A DNA stretch of 47,328 bases from an uncultured Nitrospiraceae bacterium (GTDB lineage Bacteria > Nitrospirota > Thermodesulfovibrionia > Thermodesulfovibrionales > Dissulfurispiraceae). The DNA lies in contig CAMTVO010000058.1 in the NCBI GenBank assembly GCA_947085205.1, positions 1 through 47,328 on the forward strand, written 5' to 3'. Under the pieces are notes generated by a model. That model saw nothing but the letters and a program-made list of their open reading frames with translations, was not told where the DNA came from and did not search any database. Of this stretch, positions 38,601-47,328 are shown one piece after another. Position numbers and translations under genes: made by a program. Every line of letters starts with the position of its first letter. Position 1 is the first letter of the stretch.

Positions 38601-41600
38601 ATGACTGACATTAAATCCAACGAAAGAGAATTCATGAGCCAGGTAACATCGTGGCTCAATGAATTTTTGAAATCAGGTGCTTATCCATTTGAAGTTGCCT
38701 CGTCCGATCCTTCTGTCAAAGTTGAATCCAAGAAAACAAAATTCCCGGATGTCCAGATTTGGTTGAACAGAAAAGCCAGCCAAGGTTTTTGCGGCTGGGA
38801 ACTTAAAACACCTGCTACCCCTGTTGATGACCATGAGCTTCTTAGTAATGCTGCCGAGAAAGCCCGTGCAATGCATGCAGACTATTTTGTTACATGGAAT
38901 ATGAGGGATGCGGTTATCTGGCGAACACCTCTCTGGACTGAAGAAGTTTCAAGAATTCACCGTCTGAAGACTTACTCTCCGATTTCTCAAGTTTCATCTC
39001 CTGATGACCTTTGGGTAGTTTTTAAACAGGAACTTCTCAAAGCAAAGGCAAAAGAGATTTTAAACGACCTTGCGACTCTTCAAAGAGAAGGACATCTTCA
39101 CCTCATAGAAGTTGATTCTGTTTTTTTTGTTCATAAGCTCTCTGAGGCGGTTAAGACCCTCTGGCCACACATTCACAAATCATTAATAGCAGAGATAGGG
39201 AAAAGCCACAAGTTTAAAGAAGGACTTTTTGACTGGGCTGTAAAGCAGGGCATTTCAACTTATGAAGCTGGCGAGCCATTCTTTGAAGTTGTTTCAAGGC
39301 AGCTTGTTTACAGGCTTTTTGGCAAAATCCTTTTCTATCTCACATTACGGAGATTTAGAACAGATGTGCCGAAGCTTGATTTGCACGGGGTAAATCCATC
39401 CAAAATTTCAGAGAAACTGAATGAATATTTTGAGATTGCAAGGCAGATTGATTATCAGGCTGTGTTTGAAGAAGATTTTCCAGACAAGGTGCCTTTTCCA
39501 TCAACAGGCATTGAACCCCTGACAAATCTTCTTGACGACCTCAACAGGTATAACTTCTCACACATGCCTCAGGATGTTGTCGGGAATGTTTTTGAAAAGC
39601 TGATACCACCTGAAGAACGGCACGCACTTGGACAGTATTTCACAAATGAAAACCTTGTTGATCTGATAACAGCTTTCTGTGTGAGGTCAAAATCTGACAA
39701 GGTGTTAGACCCCACATGCGGGACTGGGACTTTTCTTCTAAGGGCCTATGACCGATTAAGGAATTCTGGAGAAAAAGACCATAAAAAGCTGCTTTCTCAG
39801 ATATGGGGAATTGATGTTGCCCATTTTCCTGCTGAACTTGCAACGATTAATCTGTACAAGCAGAACATAGAGGATTATGCGAATTTTCCGAGGGTAATCT
39901 CAAAGGATTTTTTTGAGGTTAAGCCTGATGATACTTTTAAATTCCCTCCGCCTAAACTATCAGGCGGTGCAGATTTCTTGATTGATGAAAAGATTCCTCT
40001 TTTCGATGGAATTGTCGGCAACTTTCCATACATCAGGCAGGAGCTAATCGAGAAAAGGATTAAGGGATATAAAAACACGCTTATAAAAGTTCTTACGCAG
40101 GGCTGGCGGCAGGATTATCCAGAGCTTTTTGAAGATGGAGAATTAAAGCTTTCCGGTCAGGCTGATATATACGCCTATTTGTTTTTCCACACGGCAAAAC
40201 ATCTAAAAGACGATGGCAGAATGGGCATTGTTACATCCAATGCGTGGCTTGATGTTGCATATGGCTATGAACTCCAAAAATTCTTTCTGAAACATTTCAA
40301 AATAATCGCCATTCTTGAATCCCGCTGTGAGCCATGGTTTGAAGATGCATCAATAAATACAGTTGTAACAATTCTTGAGCGGTGTAAAGATCAAGCACAG
40401 AGAGATGACAACAATGTAAAGTTTGTAAAGATTAAAAAGAGACTTAAAGAACTAATTCCATGGGACATTAAACTTCCGATGCAGAGGTGGTTAGGACTCG
40501 ATAAATTAATTCATGCAACTGAAAAGGCAGGTTCAGAGCACTACAAGCTGAAAGGCACAAAATTTATAAATAACTTAAAAGGTCATGAGACTTATGAAGA
40601 CGACAATTTCAGAATCAGGGTTTTAAGGCAGGGTGAACTTCTTGAACAAGTAGAGGAAGCAAGAAAGACCGTCAAATGGGGACAATATCTCAGAGCACCT
40701 GAGATTTATTTTGAGATATTGGAAAAATGCAGGGAAAAGCTTGTGCCGTTGAGCAGTGTAGCTGAAATGAGAAGAGGGTATACAACAGGGATAAATGAGT
40801 TCTTTTATCTGGACAAAGAAAAGATAAAACACTGGGGCATTGAAAAAGAATTTTTATTGCCTATAATAAAATCTTTTAAGGAGATCGCCAGGATAAAAAT
40901 TGATGGCTCTTTACAAACAAATCTGTATCTTTTTAAATGCAATAAAGACAAAAAGAAGCTCAGGAACACAAATGCCCTGAAATACATCAGACATGGCGAA
41001 AATCAAGCAACAAAAGAGGGAATCCCTTTCCCTGATGTGCCATCGGTAAAAGGCAGAAGGCTCTGGTATGACATTAGTGAGCGAGAGCCATGGAATATAT
41101 TTGTTCAAGAGCATTGGAATGCAAGGTTTTTTATGCCTTTAAATGAAGGAGCTTTCCTTGCAGATAAGCGGCTTTATGAAATAAAGGCAAAACAAAATCC
41201 AGAGTTATTGGCAGCGGTTTTGAATTCAGTTGTAACATTTTTATTTATGGAGGTTACAGGCAGAGTTATGCTTGGAGAAGGCGCATTGGATTTGACTGTT
41301 TATGAGTTTGAAGAGTTGCCGATTGTTGATGTCTTCAAGGTTTCAAAAGCAAATAATCAAAAAATCCTAAATGCCATCGATAAACTTCTAACGCGTCCCA
41401 TCAAACCCATCTTTGATGAAGTAAAGATGAAAGACAGGCAGGCGCTTGACAGCGCTGTGCTTGAGGCGCTTGGACTTGATCCAAAGAAATACCTCAAGCC
41501 TTTGTATGACGGGCTTACAGGGATGGTCGGGGAAAGGATTGACCTTGCTAAATCAAGAAAGAGAGTAAAGCAGATAAAGACCCAGAGAGATATTGAAAAA

Positions 41601-42020
41601 CTCAAAGAGCAGGTTATTGAAGAAATAATCCCAGATGGTGCAAGGAAATTTCCTGAGGAGTTTATTGACTCAAAATATCTAAAAGATGTAAGAGAAATCT
41701 CTGTTCCTAATGAACCATTAAAACTCGGCTCATATTTTATAGGGCAACAGGAGGTCATTTCAGGCAGCGGTTTCAAATATGATGCTTCAAGCATTGACGA
41801 GGCAAAATATATTATCTATGCACAAAAGCCGAATAGTTTTCTGATAAAAATTCCAAAGCAAGCATCTGTGGTCATAAGGGCGGTTGATGATTATGAAGGA
41901 TATATAAAAGAACTGAAGGCAAAACTATTTGAAGCCTTCTTCAGCAGAACACACGACCATAAACAGGCAGATATACTGGTCCAACAAGTGTTTGATGAAA
42001 TGGGCTTGCCGGAAATATGA
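38601..42020 (+). CDS. Fused restriction endonuclease / N6-adenine methyltransferase (Type IIG/IIL-like)
   Basis: N-terminal PD...ELK nuclease-like motif, LGQYFT, VLDPTCGTGTFL (motif I), GNFPY (motif IV variant), C-terminal TRD-like region. Confidence 0.85.
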   Translation: MTDIKSNEREFMSQVTSWLNEFLKSGAYPFEVASSDPSVKVESKKTKFPDVQIWLNRKASQGFCGWELKTPATPVDDHELLSNAAEKARAMHADYFVTWNMRDAVIWRTPLWTEEVSRIHRLKTYSPISQVSSPDDLWVVFKQELLKAKAKEILNDLATLQREGHLHLIEVDSVFFVHKLSEAVKTLWPHIHKSLIAEIGKSHKFKEGLFDWAVKQGISTYEAGEPFFEVVSRQLVYRLFGKILFYLTLRRFRTDVPKLDLHGVNPSKISEKLNEYFEIARQIDYQAVFEEDFPDKVPFPSTGIEPLTNLLDDLNRYNFSHMPQDVVGNVFEKLIPPEERHALGQYFTNENLVDLITAFCVRSKSDKVLDPTCGTGTFLLRAYDRLRNSGEKDHKKLLSQIWGIDVAHFPAELATINLYKQNIEDYANFPRVISKDFFEVKPDDTFKFPPPKLSGGADFLIDEKIPLFDGIVGNFPYIRQELIEKRIKGYKNTLIKVLTQGWRQDYPELFEDGELKLSGQADIYAYLFFHTAKHLKDDGRMGIVTSNAWLDVAYGYELQKFFLKHFKIIAILESRCEPWFEDASINTVVTILERCKDQAQRDDNNVKFVKIKKRLKELIPWDIKLPMQRWLGLDKLIHATEKAGSEHYKLKGTKFINNLKGHETYEDDNFRIRVLRQGELLEQVEEARKTVKWGQYLRAPEIYFEILEKCREKLVPLSSVAEMRRGYTTGINEFFYLDKEKIKHWGIEKEFLLPIIKSFKEIARIKIDGSLQTNLYLFKCNKDKKKLRNTNALKYIRHGENQATKEGIPFPDVPSVKGRRLWYDISEREPWNIFVQEHWNARFFMPLNEGAFLADKRLYEIKAKQNPELLAAVLNSVVTFLFMEVTGRVMLGEGALDLTVYEFEELPIVDVFKVSKANNQKILNAIDKLLTRPIKPIFDEVKMKDRQALDSAVLEALGLDPKKYLKPLYDGLTGMVGERIDLAKSRKRVKQIKTQRDIEKLKEQVIEEIIPDGARKFPEEFIDSKYLKDVREISVPNEPLKLGSYFIGQQEVISGSGFKYDASSIDEAKYIIYAQKPNSFLIKIPKQASVVIRAVDDYEGYIKELKAKLFEAFFSRTHDHKQADILVQQVFDEMGLPEI

Positions 42021-42024
42021 GGAC

Positions 42025-42189
42025 ATGAAACAACCCACTAAAAAGCACACATATTCAACGCTCATCACTGACCTTGCGTCCCTTATCGAACAAGGACGCA
42101 AAATAGCAGTTCGGTATGTAAATACCGCTCTTGTGGCAACTTATTGGTTTATAGGCAAAATAAAGATATTCGGAGAAAGGAGCAAATAA
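42025..42189 (+). pseudogene. N-terminal fragment of a DUF1016/YhcG-like protein fused to the duplicated yggS tail
   Basis: YSTLITDLASLIEQGR..AVRYVNTALVATYWFIG, then IFGERSK-stop. Confidence 0.75.
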
Positions 42190-42990
42190 ATGATCGGTTT
42201 TATCGGCGGCGGGAATATGGCAGAGGCGTTGATTAAAGGAGCAGTCAGCAGTCAGCAGTCAGCAGTCAGGAGAGATATATTCGTATCAGAACCCAGAGAA
42301 GACAGGAGGAAGTATTTAGAGCAGACATACGGTGTAAAAACAACATCGGATAACAGAGAGGTTGCATCTTCGTGCAATATTATCATCCTTGCTGTTAAGC
42401 CTCAGAATATGGCTGCTGTCCTCGATGAGATAACAGATTTAATAACCGATGAAAAGACAGTGGTATCAATCGCTGCCGGTATCACCCTTTCTTATCTACA
42501 ATCAAAGCTCAAAACCAAAAAACTCATAAGGGTAATGCCAAGCACCCCTGCCATTGTTCAGGAAGGGATGTCTGTTATGTCTTTGTGCGAATGTTTTTCA
42601 GACAGGGATGTTGCAATTGTAAGAGATATATTTATGTCTGTTGGCAAAGTGCTTACCCTACCCGAAAAATACATGAATGCGGTTACCGCGGTCTCAGGAA
42701 GCGGTCCTGCATTTGTAGCATTGTTCGTAGAAGCAATAATAGATGCAGGTGAAAAGATAGGTTTAAATAGGGACAATGCCTCTGAGCTTGCCATACAGAC
42801 ACTCATTGGCACAGCAAAACTCCTTGAAACAGGCATGCCACCCAAAAGACTTAAAGAGATGGTTACTTCGCCGGGAGGAACAACAGCAGCAGGGCTGAAG
42901 ACATTTGAAGAAAGGGGACTTAAAGATATAGTATATGATGCATTACGCTCAGCCCTGAAAAGGGCAGAGGAGTTAGGAAGGAGGGAATAA
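42190..42990 (+). CDS. proC: Pyrroline-5-carboxylate reductase
   Basis: IGFIGGGNMA, LAVKPQ, SGSGPA, VTSPGGTT. Confidence 0.97.
   Translation: MIGFIGGGNMAEALIKGAVSSQQSAVRRDIFVSEPREDRRKYLEQTYGVKTTSDNREVASSCNIIILAVKPQNMAAVLDEITDLITDEKTVVSIAAGITLSYLQSKLKTKKLIRVMPSTPAIVQEGMSVMSLCECFSDRDVAIVRDIFMSVGKVLTLPEKYMNAVTAVSGSGPAFVALFVEAIIDAGEKIGLNRDNASELAIQTLIGTAKLLETGMPPKRLKEMVTSPGGTTAAGLKTFEERGLKDIVYDALRSALKRAEELGRRE
42240..42269 (+). repeat. Perfect heptamer tandem repeat in-frame in proC
   Basis: (AGCAGTC)x4 plus AG, encoding AVSSQQSAV. Confidence 0.85.
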
Positions 42991-43304
42991 TGTTTATCTT
43001 TGGCAATTTGATTTTGGCAGCAGCAAATGTACTGGACATTCTTCTGGACGTTTATAAGTGGATTATCATAATCGCAGCAATTATAAGCTGGGTAAGTCCT
43101 GACCCTCACAATCCAATTGTGCGATTCCTTTACTCGGTCACCGAACCGGCTTTAAGACCAATCAGGAGGCTCATCGGCGGAAGGCTCGGGCCGATAGATA
43201 TCTCTCCTCTTATAGTGATTCTTGCTATTATATTTATCCAGAAATTTCTGATAAGCTCTCTGATAGAGCTCGGCTATAAAATAAAAGGAGGGGCTGTAAT
43301 ATGA
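42990..43304 (+). CDS. yggT: YggT family membrane protein
   Basis: ISWV.PDPHNPIVRFL..VTEP.L.PIRR, IDISP. Confidence 0.93.
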   Translation: MFIFGNLILAAANVLDILLDVYKWIIIIAAIISWVSPDPHNPIVRFLYSVTEPALRPIRRLIGGRLGPIDISPLIVILAIIFIQKFLISSLIELGYKIKGGAVI

Positions 43305-43774
43305 GAATAACACCGCTTGACATCCAGCAAAAGCAGTTTCCGATGAGACTCAGGGGGTTCGATGTTGATGAGGTTTATTCTTTCCTCGAATTGATAAGGG
43401 AAGAACTTGAGGAGCTCCTGAGAGAGAATGCATCATTAAAGGAGCAGTTAAACAGGGCAGACGCACAGGTGCAGGAATTCAAGAACATGGAAGTGGCCCT
43501 CCGCGAAACCCTGATGACAGCCCAACAGATGGTCGAAGACTATAAGACAAACGCGAGAAAAGAAGCAGAGCTCATACTCAGGGAGGCGGAGCTAAAAGCA
43601 GATAACATGATTAAAGGGGCTCAGGAGAAGGTCGTCAAGATACACGAAGATATTGTTGACCTGAAAGGTATCAGACGCCACTTCAAAGAGGAGATTAAGA
43701 GGCTTATAGACAGCCACCTCAGGATGCTTGAGTTCGACAAGGAGCGGGAAGGGGAAGAATCAGGTGAAGTATAG
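43301..43774 (+). CDS. divIVA: DivIVA domain protein
   Basis: ITPLDIQQKQF, RGFDVDEVYSFL, coiled coil. Confidence 0.9.
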   Translation: MRITPLDIQQKQFPMRLRGFDVDEVYSFLELIREELEELLRENASLKEQLNRADAQVQEFKNMEVALRETLMTAQQMVEDYKTNARKEAELILREAELKADNMIKGAQEKVVKIHEDIVDLKGIRRHFKEEIKRLIDSHLRMLEFDKEREGEESGEV

Positions 43775-45032
43775 CGCCCTGAAGGGCATTCAGGATGTCC
43801 TGCCCCCCGATATCCATATCTGGCAGAAGATAGAATCATCTGCACGAGAAGTATTCCGGAAATACGGATTTCAAGAGATACGGCTTCCAATAATAGAATC
43901 CACGGATATATTTATTAGAAGCATCGGCGAGACAACCGACATTGTCGAAAAGGAGATGTACACCTTTTTGGATAAGGCAGGCAGAAGCATAACAATGAGA
44001 CCTGAAGGAACAGCGCCTACTGTTAGGTGTTATGTAGAGAATCATCTTTACAATTTTCCGTCTCCGCAGAAATTCTTCTATTTAGGCCCCATGTTCAGGT
44101 ACGAAAGGCCGCAGAAGGGGAGATTCAGGCAGTTTTATCAAATCGGCGTCGAGGCCTTTGGAGTTTCGCAGCCGTCAATGGATACCGAGATTATAGCCAT
44201 GCTAAAAAATCTCCTCGAAACTATCGGGCTTAAAGAAGTGAATTTCGAGATCAATTCCATCGGATGCGACAAATGCAGGCCTGACTACAGAGATGCCCTT
44301 CTGGATTTTTTTAAGGGCAAATTATCTGATTTTTGTCCCGACTGCCAGCGAAGATATGAGCTGAATCCCCTGCGTATCCTCGATTGCAAGGTGGAAAGAT
44401 GCATTGAGCTGAGGCAGGGAGCGCCTGTTGTTACAGAGCATTTATGCGGCGATTGCAGGGAACATTTTGATGAATTAATATCAAGGCTTCAGTCGCTCAA
44501 TGTGCGATATACGCTGAATCCAAATTTGGTTAGAGGGCTTGACTACTACACAAGGACGACCTTCGAGGTGACAAGTGAGCATTTAGGAGCGCAAAAGGCA
44601 GTGGTAGCGGGCGGAAGATACAATAAACTGGTGGAAGAATTCGGAGGTCCTCAAACACCTGCCATAGGCTTTGCTTTAGGAATGGAAAGAATTGTAACAC
44701 TATTAAAAGAAAACTGGACAGAAGAACATCCTGCGCCAAGGGTATTTATCGCAACACTCGGCAAGGAAGCTGAGATTGAAGGGTTCAAGATTGCCGAGGA
44801 TTTGAGGGCAAACGGATTCTGGATAGAGTCGAATTACGGAGGCGCATCCCTGAAAAGCCAACTGAGAAAAGCCGATAGAATCGGTGCCGAATTTGCCTTT
44901 ATCATCGGAGAAAATGAACTGAAGGCAGGAAAGGTTCAGTGGAAGAATTTGAAAAAAGGAGAGCAGGGGGAGGTGGGGATAAAAGATATAATGAGTGTCC
45001 TATCCCACAATATCCAGCCTTCTGACCCTTAA
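43764..45032 (+). CDS. hisS: Histidyl-tRNA synthetase
   Basis: KEMYTF, RPEGTA, FRYERPQKGRFRQFYQ, LVRGLDYY, GGRY; GTG start at 43764. Confidence 0.97.
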   Translation: MKYSALKGIQDVLPPDIHIWQKIESSAREVFRKYGFQEIRLPIIESTDIFIRSIGETTDIVEKEMYTFLDKAGRSITMRPEGTAPTVRCYVENHLYNFPSPQKFFYLGPMFRYERPQKGRFRQFYQIGVEAFGVSQPSMDTEIIAMLKNLLETIGLKEVNFEINSIGCDKCRPDYRDALLDFFKGKLSDFCPDCQRRYELNPLRILDCKVERCIELRQGAPVVTEHLCGDCREHFDELISRLQSLNVRYTLNPNLVRGLDYYTRTTFEVTSEHLGAQKAVVAGGRYNKLVEEFGGPQTPAIGFALGMERIVTLLKENWTEEHPAPRVFIATLGKEAEIEGFKIAEDLRANGFWIESNYGGASLKSQLRKADRIGAEFAFIIGENELKAGKVQWKNLKKGEQGEVGIKDIMSVLSHNIQPSDP

Positions 45033-46394
45033 TTTCACGCCGAGCGAATCGGCAACCTCTTTGCATTTTTCGACATCAACGCCTTCCACAACCACTATTG
45101 TAGCCTGAACATTAGGGATATACTTTTTTGCCTCTTTTATAAAATTCACGACTTCAGCGAATGCATTTTTAAACGCAGGCCTGCATATCTTCTGATAGGT
45201 CTCTTCATCCTGAGCATCGAGGCTTATGGACATTGAATCCACAAGCCCCTGCAGTTCGGGAAGGATGTTTCTCTTATATATGATATTCCCATGACCATTT
45301 GTATTAATCCTTACCCTGCCCCCCTTTTCCTTAATCCACGAGGCAACCTCTTTTACCGCGTCAAGCCTGAGCAGAGGCTCTCCGTAACCGCAAAAAACAA
45401 CTTCTTTATATAAGGCAGGGTCTCCAATCGCCGATTTCAGTTCATCCGGCGAAGGCTCTCCCGAAAGCCTGAGATTATGGCCTTTCACAAAATCGCTGTG
45501 AAACTTGATGCAGAAGCTGCATTTGCTCGTGCATCTGTTGGTTATATTCAGGTAGAGACTTTCCCGTATCTTATACGCTATCTCTCCCCGTTCAGGCATG
45601 CCTCCGATGCCGAAAAGACGCTTTGCGTTAAGAGTGGTAATCCTGTCAATATCCTCAAGCGATACTCCCCTGAGTTTTGCGATGAACTCTGCCGTATGTT
45701 TCACAAAAGAGGGTTCGTTCCTCTTTCCCCTGAAAGGCTCAGGCGCAAGATACGGCGCATCCGTTTCGATAAGGAGATAATCGTCAGGTATTGCCTTTGC
45801 AACTTCTCTTAATTTTGACGCGTTTTTGAATGTAACCGGCCCGGCAATGGAGATATAAAGTCCCATTGCCATAGCCCTTTCTGCCATCTCCATATCACCG
45901 GAGAAGCAGTGCATCACTCCCTTTGTAACGCCAGAATCTTCAAGGATTTTAAGGGTATCTTTTGGTGCCTCCCTGCTGTGGACAACCACAGGGAGATTTG
46001 CTTCCTTTGCATATTGAAGCTGCTTTATGAAAACATCCCTCTGAATCTCCCTCGGCGAATGGTCGTAATGATAATCAAGACCGATTTCTCCGATCGCAAC
46101 AATTTTACCCCCCCGTTGCCCCCCCTTGGTAAGGGGGGGATGGGGGGGTGATGTCCATGCCTTTATCTGATTGAAAATATCATCCGTGAAGTCCTTTGCA
46201 TCATGCGGATGAATGCCCACAGCGGCATATATGAAATCATATTTCTGAGAAAGTTCAACCGCGCCCTTGCACCCTTCAAAATCAGAGCCTATGGTTATAA
46301 CGGCCTCTAAACCTGCTTCCTTCGCCCTTTTAATGACATCTTCCCTGTCATTGTTAAAAGCATCCATTTCAAGATGGCAATGTGTGTCTATCAT
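45000..46394 (-). CDS. tatD: TatD-family nuclease fused to a TatD-associated radical SAM domain
   Basis: IDTHCH, GIHPH, GEIGLDY, HCFSG, ETDAPY; C-terminal YLNITNRCTSKCSFC and FCGYGEP. Confidence 0.92.
   Translation of the reverse strand: MIDTHCHLEMDAFNNDREDVIKRAKEAGLEAVITIGSDFEGCKGAVELSQKYDFIYAAVGIHPHDAKDFTDDIFNQIKAWTSPPHPPLTKGGQRGGKIVAIGEIGLDYHYDHSPREIQRDVFIKQLQYAKEANLPVVVHSREAPKDTLKILEDSGVTKGVMHCFSGDMEMAERAMAMGLYISIAGPVTFKNASKLREVAKAIPDDYLLIETDAPYLAPEPFRGKRNEPSFVKHTAEFIAKLRGVSLEDIDRITTLNAKRLFGIGGMPERGEIAYKIRESLYLNITNRCTSKCSFCIKFHSDFVKGHNLRLSGEPSPDELKSAIGDPALYKEVVFCGYGEPLLRLDAVKEVASWIKEKGGRVRINTNGHGNIIYKRNILPELQGLVDSMSISLDAQDEETYQKICRPAFKNAFAEVVNFIKEAKKYIPNVQATIVVVEGVDVEKCKEVADSLGVKLRVRRLDIVG
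46107..46149 (-). repeat. C/G-run palindrome in-frame in tatD
   Basis: Plus strand ACCCCCCCGTTGCCCCCCCTTGGTAAGGGGGGGATGGGGGGGT; encodes PPHPPLTKGGQRGG. Confidence 0.85.
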
Positions 46395-46452
46395 TTACAT
46401 TCCTTTAATTTTCTCGATGTATTATCACATGAGATATTCAATAGATATAATA

Positions 46453-47136
46453 TCAATGATGCGCAACATAGGTATTCCTAAAATCAGTCATTGCCTTTAC
46501 AGTATCGTATAAATCAGTCTCATTGAATTTTGAAAAGCTTTGCTTTATTGCTTCAAAAACACCGCCGACATTGTATTTACTCGTTCTGTTATATTCGAGA
46601 CAAAACAATAAAAGACCCGAAAGCCATAATCCATTCTTGAAAATAAGAGTTCTTTTTAGGTTATTAGCATATTTTTTTAACCATTCAACATCACCCTTTT
46701 TTAATGAGCCATAATATGGTTCAAAAAAATCTTTCTGCTCTGTAGGAGCGCCTGGCATTAAAGGCAGCAAGTCAGAAATCAGTCCCTTTGCCGATTCATC
46801 GAGCGGGCCTAAAAAGGTCTCGATAGCCTCTCTCTGGCAAAAATAATATCTGAAAGGAACACTCTCGCCTTCGCTGTTTTTGATTGTATGGTCTCTTCCA
46901 AACCAGTGATAAAGCAATTCTCTCGTTGTATCCGAGGCGCCTGTATAATCAGCATCCCGCCATTCAGAAACATATCTGCGAAGGTTCTGGGCAATGATAA
47001 TTTCACTGGTTCTTCTTCCTTTTACAATCTCGGCAGGCTCGCCTTCTCTTTTTGCCCGAATGCGGTGAAACTCAGGCGTCTTGTGTGGCTGATATCAAGG
47101 CTCAAGGGCTGAAAGGTTTATGATAGGGCTTGCCAT
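46453..47136 (-). pseudogene. Decayed Type III restriction (Res/helicase)-like gene
   Basis: Early TGA and frameshift, then NLRRYVSEWRDADYTGASDTTRELLYHWF...YYFCQREAIETF; the helicase core is missing. Confidence 0.65.
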
Positions 47137-47163
47137 AGAATTTTATTTAGGCGATAGTAACCT

Positions 47164-47328
47164 CTAAAGGAATTGAGTGGACATCTTCGGGCTTCTCTTT
47201 TTTAGATAATTTATCTTCTCAAAACCGATTATCTCTCCGCTTTCATCTTTCTTAACAATAACGCCGTTTCCCAATTCCTCGTTGATACAAGGTCTGGGTT
47301 TTTCAAACCATACATCAAGTGTGTTACC
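47164..47328 (-). CDS. Partial DUF2283-like small protein, running off the window
   Basis: GNTLDVWFEKP...EELGNGVIVKKDESGEIIGFEKIN; possible 1-nt loss in an A-run near the 3' end. Confidence 0.6.
   Translation of the reverse strand, partial: GNTLDVWFEKPRPCINEELGNGVIVKKDESGEIIGFEKINYLKKRSPKMSTQFL

Larger units (their letters stand above)
37957..42181. mobile_element. Genomic islet bounded by 16-bp direct repeats of the yggS 3' end
   Basis: ATATTCGGAGAAAGGA at 37957-37972 and 42166-42181; separates yggS from proC. Confidence 0.75.

Noticed and set aside
1..47328. tRNA, rRNA, CRISPR-Cas or prophage genes
   Set aside because: No cloverleaf, rRNA-like tract, repeat-spacer array or phage structural gene was recognised by eye; a covariance-model scan would be needed to exclude small RNAs.

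Overview
A 47 kb, mostly housekeeping stretch of a diderm bacterial chromosome. Gene content (hrcA/CIRCE, Rnf, DivIVA, TatD-radical SAM fusion, c-di-AMP riboswitch) suggests a Nitrospirota/Desulfobacterota-like anaerobe; this is inference. In order: an IS21-like end; putative porin + amt; hrcA-grpE-dnaK-dnaJ with a perfect CIRCE; ornithine decarboxylase + speE; an MltD-like enzyme; rnfCDGEAB; arsR; surE-oxidoreductase-pcm; trpS; an M50 protease; a redox cluster (CxxC/PP small ORF, UshA-like tetraheme cytochrome, DsbA-like, TlpA); a transposase remnant; DUF72-polX; kup under a c-di-AMP riboswitch; dapL-folK-yjbQ-nuclease; a sigma54 two-component module; yggS-proC-yggT-divIVA-hisS interrupted by a 4.2 kb TA + restriction-modification island; a tatD-rSAM fusion; decayed defence genes. 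The most notable signals are (1) three unrelated families of short repeats that sit both between genes and in-frame inside proteins, (2) an integrase-less defence island bounded by a 16-bp duplication of the yggS 3' end, and (3) a candidate leaderless metal/redox-sensing leader peptide heading the cytochrome/thiol-oxidoreductase cluster. No rRNA, tRNA or CRISPR array was seen. All calls come from motif recognition by eye; no searches were run.
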